Origin: Ophelia neglecta | Taxonomy: Eukaryota | Reading direction: 5' to 3' | Assembly: GCA_965285935.1 (NCBI GenBank) | Contig: OZ260663.1 | Coordinates: 69,192,001-69,256,000, forward strand | Length of the DNA: 64,000 nt | In this document: in pieces, positions 22,801 to 28,500 of the stretch | Numbering within the stretch: position 1 is the first letter of the stretch | Layout of the letters: each line of letters opens with the position of its first letter | Translations under genes and position numbers: made by a program | Notes under the pieces: generated by a model | The model's database searches: none | Told to the model about the DNA's origin: nothing | What the model saw: the letters and a program-made list of their open reading frames with translations, nothing else

Positions 22801-24356
22801 AATGTTACAGGAGTATTTGCCATAATCAAGAGGGCAGGGGCATGGCTTACACTTTGGGGTATATCCTGCAACATATGATAGCAGGTTTGTGTTTCCTGAT
22901 TTTCCTTGCCAGACAAACCCAACTCATTTGTACAAGCAGGGTTTGCCAGAATCTCCGGCATGGGAGATGAAGGGAACTGACTTGATTCTTCCTTCATTGC
23001 ATCTTGGGGTGTTTCATTGTCATACTGAGTAATTACTTCTGGCACATTCTCTTCTGTTTCAACTGGAAAAATGTCATGGCAACTTGTGTCCTGGAAAACT
23101 TCAAGCTGGTGCTCAACTGAAGTGGTTTCCATTTCGCTAGTTGGCTCAGGGAAAATGTCCGTTTTGGCATCGGTTAATGTATCATCCATTTCTGCTGGTT
23201 CACTAGGTAATTGCTGTCCCAAACCAGGACTTAATGCATCCACAACCTCACACTCCCAAGAAATATCCTCCTCTACTTCTTTTTCATTAACTGGTTTAAG
23301 GTCAGCTGCTACTTTTGGTGAAAGGATTTCCACTTCAGTATTGCATTGAGTGGGCTCTACTCCAAACTGCTTAACTTGATCAGGATTTGGTTCTCCAAAG
23401 CTTAATTCTGTCTGAGTATCATTTATATTCTCATCATCATCTGCAGGTAAACATTCTGAACTTTTTGGGCTATCTTCTGCACTATCTTCTTTGGATATTG
23501 GTACAGCTTCTTCTGATAAAACATGGGTGGGATTTTCTATTTCACGGTCAATGGTCAAATTTTTATCTTCCTGGGCTAGTTGTTCCTCCTCTGTGTTTCT
23601 GTCTTTGTCCATTGCTGTAACTGTCTCCATGGCAAGGGCAGCAATGGGAGCTAGGAGGGATATACAGGCCATGTCAACCATTTCTTCTTCCATTTCCATC
23701 TGTTTCTTTTCATTTTCAATTCTTAATTTATCCTCAGCTATGAGATCGTCAGCATCTACTATATCATTGCAAAAGAACTCTTCCAGCTCTTCAGCTTCCG
23801 GTACCTTGGAGGGCACAGACACATTCTGAATTGCTTCTAGGTGACGGCTTTGTTCTTCTGCACTACAATAACCGATGTCTAGGCTGTCTGGTGTTTTTAC
23901 ATCATCAGCAGTTACTGGAACTTCTGCGCTTTGTTTATTTACAGCAGGGTGTTCTTCCAAAACTGCAGACAGTGGAATATCATCATGCAAGGGTAACTCT
24001 CTGGGGGGACTTTGATGACAAGATTGTATTGGAGAAGTGTCATTATCACTATCAAGAAATCCGTCAAATACTGGACCTTCAGCATCAAAAGAACCTAAAC
24101 AATTTTCTGTACCTTCATCAGGCTTGTGGTGCTTATCCATACTTAAATCATTGCCTAAACTAAAAGCCGTTGTCCAATCAGGACTTATCTTAACTTCTTC
24201 AACCTCTGACGACTTACAGGGTGACTTTCTTTTACTTGGAGTAAAAGGGCTTCTTCCATGCCATGGTGTATTATCTAGTTCATCATCAGCATCCCATCTA
24301 GCCAGGGCACTGGTATTCCCACTCCCAAGGTATGTCTGGCACTGGGACTTAAATGG
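4806..24356 (-). CDS. Giant 19,551-nt coding exon (6,516 aa; acidic, low-complexity, repeat-rich); probable alternative last exon of TDRKH
   Basis: Stop-free frame of 6,522 codons. The ORF-track 'start' (TTG 24374) lies within a polypyrimidine tract and acceptor (tcatttgttttcctctctccag|CCATTT, phase 0), which matches a phase-0 donor CAG|GTACAA at 26145 in the last core TDRKH exon. All internal repeat spacings are multiples of 3. Coding status is high confidence; linkage to TDRKH is inferred. Confidence 0.85.
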   Translation of the reverse strand, partial: PFKSQCQTYLGSGNTSALARWDADDELDNTPWHGRSPFTPSKRKSPCKSSEVEEVKISPDWTTAFSLGNDLSMDKHHKPDEGTENCLGSFDAEGPVFDGFLDSDNDTSPIQSCHQSPPRELPLHDDIPLSAVLEEHPAVNKQSAEVPVTADDVKTPDSLDIGYCSAEEQSRHLEAIQNVSVPSKVPEAEELEEFFCNDIVDADDLIAEDKLRIENEKKQMEMEEEMVDMACISLLAPIAALAMETVTAMDKDRNTEEEQLAQEDKNLTIDREIENPTHVLSEEAVPISKEDSAEDSPKSSECLPADDDENINDTQTELSFGEPNPDQVKQFGVEPTQCNTEVEILSPKVAADLKPVNEKEVEEDISWECEVVDALSPGLGQQLPSEPAEMDDTLTDAKTDIFPEPTSEMETTSVEHQLEVFQDTSCHDIFPVETEENVPEVITQYDNETPQDAMKEESSQFPSSPMPEILANPACTNELGLSGKENQETQTCYHMLQDIPQSVSHAPALLIMANTPVTFSTSQIDEHLKTDITRSEPMAEEADDATVMSPCIRDSSVAVVELDTPNIQIVDEPSYKLDIPPSVIHSTGMLVLEDVPVGMNGFYDQSEANAKGACGELTPVMKVKDKDQYQLSDTQETCLEKGNLKSDIIQERGPVDHREPHRSDENPSSQICVSNQEDLVAAEIPETCSEESAQETTEKYLMEDVPKAVQHAPGVFALSTIPVTINGQHTCITEKTDISQEASTSFELKKKCLSEESVPIEVTELSHTSHTSDHDVIESEPLLSTLEAAMMEGVPSCVTYAVGLHLLYGGALSEIGKKADESINPVTDRTNAILHSNAYQSNNDLEANFQMQKETSQPFDTPVENNHPEGVVTEKNELISASVSKQTQSALLVACINEEDNATAQNIETCQNDSQALNNVSESEMLQQCFNELPPEDKCPATTETLVDTRNEPSCERIQEELICPVTPTLIIHNFPAWLASCPIPTLPSEQKIEATEDEMQEEPLIQSQNESKPSVKTDGVLVTPEIFEQQPVLDKMEVSEETETNLGQLTQEIDLSRNESAANEIVVDDDDDINFMTDNGQENEATIEESAKNTFATKIAKGVAPAVQEEVECAVPNTTCKPTSSHQSYDDEPSVKKEPGLQEPLNQELLPAEDVQGDAHDSIAHEESGQNASATQASLSAIGMEDGNDDNLTSKQKRRRNKKARRKAKDLSKLDTKNEDLTELCPEVQKYLNVEVKSAPINDNASPVNTSAVSTSPLSVDNDVALIKKYDQNQDVLTNVPTDKLNKCDIPDISEDIVPEVQMKSAVQETGNEILYQDPGKVITVDVKSDSEEVTSKSEELDAEQRYVPDNIVPQESSPEAVALQTSTTISGDDQQDLSTDEFAKCDLEEDHSKEIGPEVQYPTETAVQQTILDVDDGIIPFMTDDNLQSTLSTDAVAKCDMLAETGNEIVDQANDQTEIPQPKTDYDTSSQEPDEVSTVAHQSSLEEISSNKEEVCVPELQNIPDVNIEKETSQENTVVESITTTPSVLPEVDDGIPFMTDDDIEEPTPEDSTHVENEVSETEKVTTVSKTIGNVAIEPEDVPEEKTIFDNVEAVQEERSEVLAEKEPVQEKSVSGNICVHPEINFDVDDGIPFMTDEDIDEPTTVDSENVEDTIEIKENIVPLVQGQSESSPISIEETLTSLFKETEDEKIELEVIQDEKPALENIEVVEKGRTEVTDELNQKESEQDVPLPECVSDAHEVLLDVDDGIPFMTDEDLQDTLSSDESVKCEMHAENNEVDFQVQDHTESVDTKTDCDTPNQDTNKVTSVADQSAPEEIPSKQEIDITELQNIPDFSIENETRTQDTVVVSVTTTPSVLPEVNDGIPFMTDDDVEEPTLEESTHVENEESETEKVTTVPKTIRNEAVEPEDSLEEKTIFDNLEAVQEERSDVLAEKEPEQEKSVSGNVCVHPELHFDVDDGIPFMTDDDIDEPSTMDSEDVKNTIEIKENIVPVIQGQSESSPISIKETLTSLSKEMEGEKIELEVIQDEKPALENIEVLEEERTEVTDELNQKESEQDVPLPECVSDAYEVLLDVDDGIPFMTDDDIDEPTTMDSENVKNAIEIKESIVPVIQGQSESLSISTNEILTSLSKETEDEKIELEIIQDEKPALENIEVVEEERTEVTDELNQKESEQDVPLPECVSDAHEVLLDVDDGIPFMTDEDLQDTLSSDESEKCEMHAENIEVNFQVQDHTESVDPKTDYDTSNQDTDKVSSVTDQSAPGEIHSKQGIGITELQNVPDFIENETSTQDRVVESITTTPSVLPEVNDGIPFMTDDDVEEPKLEDSTHVGNEESETEKVTIVPKTIGNEAIESEDLQEAKTIFDNVEAVQEEISDVLAEKEPELEKSVSGNVLVHPELHFDVDDGIPFMTDDDIDEPTTMDSEDVKNTIEIKESIVPVIQGPSESSPNSTEEILTSLSKETEDKKIELEVFQDEKPAIENIEVVEEEKTEVTDELSQKELEHDMPLHECVSDVHEVLLDVDDGIPFMTDDDIDEPTNMDSEDVKNTIEIKESIVPVIQGPSESSPNSTEEILTSLSKETEDKKIELEVFQDEKPALENIEVVEEEKTEVTDELSQKELEHDMPLHECVSDAHEILLDVDDGIPFMTDDDIEEPTTMDSENVEDTIEIKENIVPLIQGQSEFSPLSTEETLTSLSINTEDEKVELEVIQDEKPALENIEVVEEERAELTDELNQKESEQDVPLPECVSDAHEAFLDVDDGIPFMTDEDLQETLSNDESVKCGMQAESNEVDFQVQDHTESVDPKTDYDTSNQDTDKVSSITDQSAPGEIHSKQGIGITELQNIPDFSIENKTSQQDTVVESITTTPSVLPEVDDGIPYMTDDDVEQPTLVDSTHLENEGSETKKVTTLPKSIGNEAIESEDSPEEKTIFDNVEAVQEERSEVLAEKEPEKEKSVSGNVCVHPELNLDVEDGIPFMTDDDKDEPTTMDSENVEDTIEIKENIVPLMQCQSESSPISIEETLTSLSKETEDEKIELEVIQDEKPALENIEIEEEEKTEVTDELNQKESEQDVPLPECVSDAHEVLLDVDDGIPFMTDEDLQDTLSSDESVKCKAENNEVDFQVQDHTESVDPKTYCDTSNQDTNKITSAADQSAPEETHSKQEIGITELQNIPDFIIENETSTLNTVIESTTNNPIVLPEVDDGIPFMTDDDIEEPTLEDSTHLENEGRETEPPNTSGNVAIKSEDMHEEKAVFDNVETVKKERSEDSGKKEPDQDTPSSGSVSAPLDLHFEIDDGIPFMTDDDIDEPTTMDSEHVESASGINAIVVPVIHSQSEPSAISIEETSTSIPKIAEDTPLEAEIIHDEKPAYDNIEVVEEERIEVPQEIKQKESEQDMPLSESVSAAPEVLLDVDGIPVMTDEDLQDTLSNSEFVKCDMQVESSEEIVSEVPPQTESAVHCTDYKTSCQDPDKVNTFADESSQEEMCSQQKEIVQLPENVEDESEINENIIPEIHSQIESSPISMEGTPTTPNETIKDVEIVTDDLPNEKPQFDQVVTVDEEKTEIPGEIKMEKPDQDKIVSGNVSAVPELLHDGDSGKPYMTWEDNLPTDDPVYDIEAENIKHIMPNVQGKYVSAIEEADNQTSYQPKLEEMPAKSEGLVPDENKDLPEVFQEDDLTLVDVGDGKPLVTDTVLKENISSDEPVQVDIKALAIEDIVTTLQDNSELAVPDSTDCPHPVLATERDSSINEFDIEKLEEQEDPRPKTSAVQAQSPITDTQDANDSSLTSKQKRRRNKKARKKEMERSHPHNNSESGTEMSFEIQAEDSQGTPFVPKEDQIISQEEEQDNIEIEVETPLVCKEAVNTVPDANDQKPSDTCDLLVTREDGDTETELSSKQKRRRNKKSRKRGKDGELTESDTVEDKDIDDSGRKKTKLVDGDTALDENNKTDILPEQENTSSEIRNESSPGIILPSECLHESLPGKTSHIATLQKKTDEEEEAPVGYEKDVMEPTEQVPYGNGETGDSDFVTQTYSQELTASQSVAADPVIHACIDFRQDGTPEPHEHVPATSKEELDVVESVTLKESAIDDGRMGLELEIEVPNENNINEEFTLHPTPDIPSVIPKEEVDIALLTEHDLNGKDQNGQDTFKEVICQSEQMSQEKQQFSPSMATYAEIVAKDQSKEEVEVSEMCYEEMQDNKNIELLPTQQKVQLPVMLEVNDLKGVCPIPEVAKPQEEGRVESELQEKSKISTLPEPENTTPSENKIEEEVMQPMSGILLTDVLPATGEDTLPLLEKKVELVEQSQPQQTTVDGNLDNKMVDSCDEDEEMDDYPHRDDSSECRSSVERGTQTPGDGLGKLRRRRRKRLRKRAAILALKAAAREKGEKPNLLIHGSQRKKQKPKEHRLSSGTEKAKQLPVKLAQSTPEKELKESHLTSKDIANKDREEIRSNGEKKRVDKATCTPDRELFDRRNTAADSKKNKVILPTESKSVHPTTVLNNEQDKPDSIVVHQKPSVTKANKVAVPTEKQSSIKDLAPKVTYTKAEEEVSGCDKDQESASMSSSITSTTDTTSDSPITRKESETDGHITSKQKRRRNKKARKREKEGDQSESDFSKPEQKTKTTHDTITISDYHSASDTSMKDTDSAFDPELKETFHIIHEESHPVCDSGSNDAKNNQDNQVVRDASQCTEMPKVLESDGIKGQMGATNVIITEENKQNSQAEAAPTTEVHKKKKKHTRKKKAPNIASNEASTTEATQHFLELGNEPQQENISNVKDLTEGEPNMLESYSDPSTSPKTHPSGDVCIAMPVCNMPENKAENLSAEETSEGKLRRRRNRRMRKRALGKESSDGKSKPTDSIPVSGAEQPSEGRQDNDLQAEMCHEPCKSDELTADPKLKNDQQYFLGLGHEPKPPDKSKGEAASDSDQEEKHALKEQQVDPDSEMISYQAVVKSAPDILEVPGLQEESSEAYKPDSQNEESADGKLKMAPTPREDETCTKGQIENGVNSEGITEEDGVLEEEILTRERADHERIEDISDDMMHHDLKEQGISGHAIGTSNNSEKLEDTDFSCPVANVENDSKTEVPNYPVIVTPDTQTFPELIDKEARVVEDRQLIPTAPEDECHLDTPEENKDLDSTSQNAELQATKLDNVNAEISTGTIFPVRRSPSVDWTEVNRHYIGDLPSVLYHLTGLRILTSLETGTILHLPIIAEEPEVDNEKKLVELKSIDNQIDQVCSYPDVQIETDKAAIIHASQDHLPPQPIAIAVAESVLDDFEDSESDNINSGLHTSESLVTSVDSSDLEALATYSAVTLLSPLKKNAAALSPGLESEQTWPEEFIHQSIKEDEVLSPKSRSSLEEDVLAWALSRPSSGEKPIPTIAVTPSGSLEANSFDQCPDSQFICEKRIIDIEYLIETENVEIVECFKDNVEQPGTLGEPENHERNAGLSDKVEVKQSLAKAEETEKPEKPIEESQPVLSKSAKEVIAEELLGCEHSQNIPDQRLCPSIGISNIPNTNTESDIEVLSEADSLENLPLDSSDCIGDTQAVPSGDQTLFCLTSDSSDPIFALSTNVTACSTHEITQSLTESEPNEILMSTDSLTAEADLMLQSGHSDFETIEMSDVELAGATEGGCPVSSDEADTGSLAIIPSIVTTFTDLEPPKLQGNNGNPASGDHNHPTHRNTESPSNASGDKPPKDPEDITHSDTNQHGQIALDIPEIDHLASDSFDSTDQEVLGLFQDGQKPESDVGWTPSEELTEDVEGVATREKRSMSADSLGEEYLEGSLDVQTSQTTSQPFVIGRKRKGSETFVSDDSLEEAKGGILAKEDTPVEKVSRPIAMSRRRRKLNESSFSEDSLDDGSKEVETIFRRIDSFDHAQEVEGSVEMQDQQKLVETMELVEPTSTSHFQQSGIEFLLASYKPTNTDEIEYEQMPITERPAVGAVEEDQPPISVARNICSADSEDASIPMVVITTDKSPLPPEVVEMVISGARPPKDIIEPYLKRFEQEEQRKQQKMFEKHFTQQQHVEKESAFSVVTPGSAKKLHGKTSVVGSCPDPVFDINKTEDQVVPGRMSSAEDLNNSENEFPDPVEYADCNKQIFTETKYDLGLTSCAFQQIQTEEVLAVHKVHQPDEDNEEVGLQSEDSNDSAEICPFTADKVMNDYSDPNHPEESQCVKDETEWFEEFRETKVECKQKGIYMAPKQSVTPVFDPTVCNAWAFPKENKATADWPCNFPDITVDMEENLNAEVASDRPDDSYARVVSPELHCVKNENLTEIYYGREEKDSQIGNITEESETRVIQYEEPGQLQKAEIFDQTNLLSSDSSTMDGKSQRKRDLLEYSSEDDMDITLARDQIFQMATGVSPLCNKKYAKEKEEHFLSDDNLGPEMTNKESDKIKVAGSKRKIVGRAAEKKMMEEEKNKLPAEGNTLVSGDDRNPSSRQANASASNDKDNPPLPPKPKSKGRAKKGLLKKPGSKQSEKSVTFEDGDSATSSDASDIYYVDKVDDNDTDTDDDGEYKIKPQFAEKATKL
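14100..20115 (-). repeat. Coding higher-order tandem repeat (units A 339-351 nt, B 276-288 nt, C 351-354 nt), each anchored on DDGIPFMTD(D/E)D
   Basis: Motif anchor (gtcata on + strand) at 20083, 19732, 19444, 19090, 18745, 18457, 18103, 17749, 17407, 17119, 16765, 16411, 16057, 15712, 15424, 15070, 14731, 14455, 14104. Confidence 0.95.
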
Positions 24357-25277
24357 CTGGAGAGAGGAAAACAAATGACAAGGTTTAAGTATTTGACTGT
24401 GATACTGAAAAATGGATGGTACTGAGACAATGAAGCAACATCACACCCAACTTAACATGCATGTATCCATGTGTGCACTGACATGAAAAGCTGCTAAGGT
24501 GAGAGGCTCATCCAAAACCATACCACAGAATACGAATAAAGTGTACAGCCATGCTCTCCCAAATTACGCATATATCACTTATGCTACATGTTACAGATGA
24601 ACTAAAGAAGATGAAAACAGTAATACCAAAAGCCTGAAAGTGATGAATCAATATCAGATATTACACCAAATTAATTCACACTGAATGAAACCTGTTTGGT
24701 GTTTTCATCAGCATTAATTTTATGAAATAAATGACCAGTTTTGAGGTTACTTCTCGATAACATTCCTGCTGATACAAGCCATCAAGTTCAATAAATGCAG
24801 CGATGCAGGCTAATTGTTAGATTGGAGTAATGATTTAAATCTCTTAAATCTTATTACCTCCTTAGTATAAAAAAGCAACCCTGTATAGCTGAGAAATACC
24901 CTACTTTAACATTTGGATGAAACATTATATTAACAGAACTGTCCTAGATAACTGTGTATAATAGAGATACGATTCTGCTAGGGGCTATTCAATTGGAGAG
25001 GTGGCAGGAACAGAATTGAATCTGTTTTGACCCACACCCCTGGTGACAATGATTTGCCACACCTATATTTATATATATATGCATTCCTGGTGCCCCAATA
25101 TTCAGACTCTGTTGTAAAAAACGTCACAAGGTATGGTACGAGGACCTTGACAGTGGACCTTGTGTTGCAATCATCTGTTGATGTTTAAATGTTATGAATA
25201 ATTCACAAATTAGTGACACCAGGAATCATGTCAAGTGCAGGGTACTCTCTCCACAACTTAATGTTACTATATTGCAT

Positions 25278-25283
25278 TTTATT
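25278..25283 (-). terminator. Candidate polyadenylation signal (AATAAA) of the short TDRKH isoform
   Basis: tttatt on + strand, about 250 nt downstream of the TAG at 25533-25535. The hexamer is common in AT-rich DNA. Confidence 0.4.
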
Positions 25284-25532
25284 TCAATACAACTGGAGAT
25301 TATGTTTTAAATCTGATGCATGGTTATTAATGTCACACAAATATCCTTAACAGTGGACTTGAAGCATATTAAACAATTTCCATATTTCATTCAATGTGAA
25401 TTGAATCAAACCAAAGGAGAGTAGTTAAATGAGAAAGGTTTGGTTAATTGGAAGCTCCAACGTAACAAAATCATATTTTAAAAAGCTTTACCGGCTCCAT
25501 GCTGTATGGAAGCAAACAGGGACGACACGGAT

Positions 25533-28500
25533 CTATTTGCATGTGGCGGCTAAATGGTGAAGAAAAAACTAATTTCATTCATAAAACAATTGTCAAAAGT
25601 AGAGCACAAGTTAGGAATGTCTGGTAGGCAGAAGGACACTTTCCTTCTTCTTACACTTTATTATTATTCAGAGCTTTGGCATTTGGCAGCAGAAAGCAAA
25701 TACATAAAGTTAAACAATTTTATGAAATGATTTTCCCACCTCGGGATCCATAGTAAGATTTTCCAATGTTCTTTGGTCATATCTAAATTTATAAAATGAA
25801 AATTTTTTGGTTGGGAGTTTTAAGGGTAAAACATATACAATGATACAGATAAGTTTAGCACTATTGACACAGCGTGTACAAAAGAAGACATAATAACATT
25901 GCAGCATTTATTTATTTATTAGTTCATGCCTACAAAGCAATCTGCACATGCAAAACGCCTGGTGCAGCAGTTGATATAAATGTGATGAACAGGAGCGTAA
26001 GCAGCTACAAACAGTACAGACACAAAGCTGGAGAAGATCTTGTCCTGCTGCCTACAAGACATTTCTAACTGCCCTGTATCTCTTCTAGGAAATGGATAAT
26101 TTCAAACTCATGCACTCACGTTCAAGACTATTAAGGCCTTGTACCTGATCATCTAAGTTAAAACTCGTATCTTCTTTGTCCAATACTGCACCACCCTGGC
26201 TGACTAGCTCTTCTGCAACATTCTTGTCCTAGTTTGTGAAGGAAATATGTATTGAATCAGTGCAGGAAAAAGATGCATCATATTTGAACTTATATCTATG
26301 AAATCCTTGATAAAGATGTCAGTGTATGCAGTATGCCATTAAACAAGCTAAATCAGGCTAATAGTTTTACTAAGAAACAAAACTTTGGGATGAGAAAACT
26401 AAAAAGTTTCTTAGTTCAATAATTTCTTTGTTAAAACTATTCATTTTGAAAGATTTGGGGGGTGGGGGTGGCCCGGGGGGGGGGGGGGGGATGGGGGGAG
26501 GTCGAAGGGTGTATTCTCCAATACCCACACTTTTGGTGAAAACAGTTAGGGGCCTATGGAAATAAAATATTTTGGGGGGCCTTGGACATGTTTGCCAGTA
26601 TATGGATTAAATGACTTTTTGACTGTGTCAATAACAAATAGGTGAAGGTTTCCCATCTTAAAACTCATTGGAGGTGTTAAATATTTGACACAAATTTGGT
26701 GACCATAGGTCAAAGCATTGCAATGTGATTGTAAGTACAAAGCTTATTGGCCAGACAGTTAGAAGGCTGGCATTTCTCAGTCATCTGTGTCCCATGCAAT
26801 GGGGGACACAAACATATGGACATACCTCTTCTTGGTTTGTATCAATTAGTTCAATACATGGTAAGGTTCCATTTGGCGTGTCTTTATATGTTATAATTTT
26901 TGCCATCAAACTCTTCCATTTGGCACAATATGTCAGATCTTCAAACACGTCAATGTCTTCATCTCTCCATTCTTCTCCTACAATGGCAAAGTCAAGAGTA
27001 CAATATGAAATAAGAGTAAGCTAAGTCCCTTTAATTTTTACTTTTACTTTACATGTCAAGTATTGATATCCACTCCATCTTGTCAACTCACCTACTGGCT
27101 TGACATTGGCCAGTGAGCATCTTAAAGCTTGGAATGGAAGGCTGAAGAAATCAGATCTGAAAACAATCAATTAACATGTACTTATACATAAAGAATTGTG
27201 GTTTACTTCCTAAGGCTTCCAAATGTGTTCTGGCATAAAACAAGTGAACAAAGTATTGAACCTTAACTGATAATTCTTGAAAATTGAGTTATTCCATATA
27301 AAGAGACATGTAAATGATGATATGCAATTTCTTGTTTATAAAAATCTTATGAAATAGGTTGTAAAGTAAATTGTAGTCCCTCCACATATATTTAAAGGAG
27401 AAGACCTAATTATTCTCTGATTAAATACTACCATTTTCATAGGAAAAATCAGTCATTAGTCATTGCTTATTTAAAGTACACTGTTGCCATTTTCACCAAT
27501 TTGAAAATTTCCAACGCTACGTGCTTGCACACTGATAAAAAATATATTTACAAACAGTGAAACTGTATTTCATAGTAAGAACAGACTCTTTACAACTTTT
27601 TCTATGTACACAATTATTGTTTTATGTTCAAAATCAACCATAGATATAATATATGGGAATTATTTGGCCTTAATAATTTGAACTTAAACTGATGATCACT
27701 TTAACAGATTACAATCATACCTCTATACATAAACAAAAATGATACCTTCTATAGGTATTTATTAAAGCAGCCCTATTAACAATGACAATTAATTTGACAG
27801 TTTACAGCTGGACGAACCTTAATTGTCTAGTTTTGTCTTTGGTTATGAAGCCACTATCACCGTAGTCCACATAATATAAGTCAAGCTGGTCATCAAGCAC
27901 CTCACATACACGAGCCCTGTACCATGACGTGTCATGTTCAAAGGGGGCTGCTATTATGTCTCCAACTTTAGGATTCTCAACCTGGCTGGCCTGTAAACAT
28001 TAAATGAACCTGATTGGAATATGCTATACAGTTTTAAATTTTAAAGCATGACATCATAAAAACAGCATTTGAACACTGGCACTGAGATGGCCACAATAAT
28101 TTTAGTATCTCTGATTCTGCTTACCATGGAGCAATCCCATAAAGTGACTAAACATGCATTAAATTCTCTAAAATTTGTTCGATGGCCGTAGAAGTAGTTT
28201 TATTGCCGCTGCTCCTAAACTGACCTGCTGCATCTCTTCACCTAAGTAGTATTTAGTCATTTGGTCGACGAGCTCATCCAGCTGTGCAGACCTGGCACTG
28301 AGTACTTGTACCCAGAAATGGCCAGGGTGCTCCACCGCTGACACCCACACCTCCAGATAGTCCTTGCGGTTTGGCCAGCTTGTCTCTTGTACACGGACAT
28401 CCCCCGCCTCGCTGGGGGCACCAACAAGTGACGCTGACTCGACTATCTTCTCTTCAATATCTGATACAAATCATTATACAAACAATGAGTGGTTTATTTT

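Noticed and set aside
4806-24356. Calling the giant ORF titin, ankyrin, MAP1B/futsch or mucin
   Set aside because: No Ig, Fn3, ankyrin or other recognisable domain; any such database hit would reflect composition only.
24357-24374. TTG start of the 6522-aa ORF as a real initiation codon
   Set aside because: It lies inside a polypyrimidine tract and 3' splice site; in this eukaryotic context it is an intron end.
4906-24378. Many Ser/Phe-rich plus-strand ORFs overlapping the giant ORF
   Set aside because: Antisense shadows of Glu/Asp/Lys-rich codons; they recur with the coding repeat and show no domain signal.
26457-26500. Poly-G/poly-C tracts (also about 30288, 37047, 44865, 56575) as functional G-quadruplexes
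   Set aside because: Simple homopolymers that are common throughout this window and often MITE-derived; no specific support.
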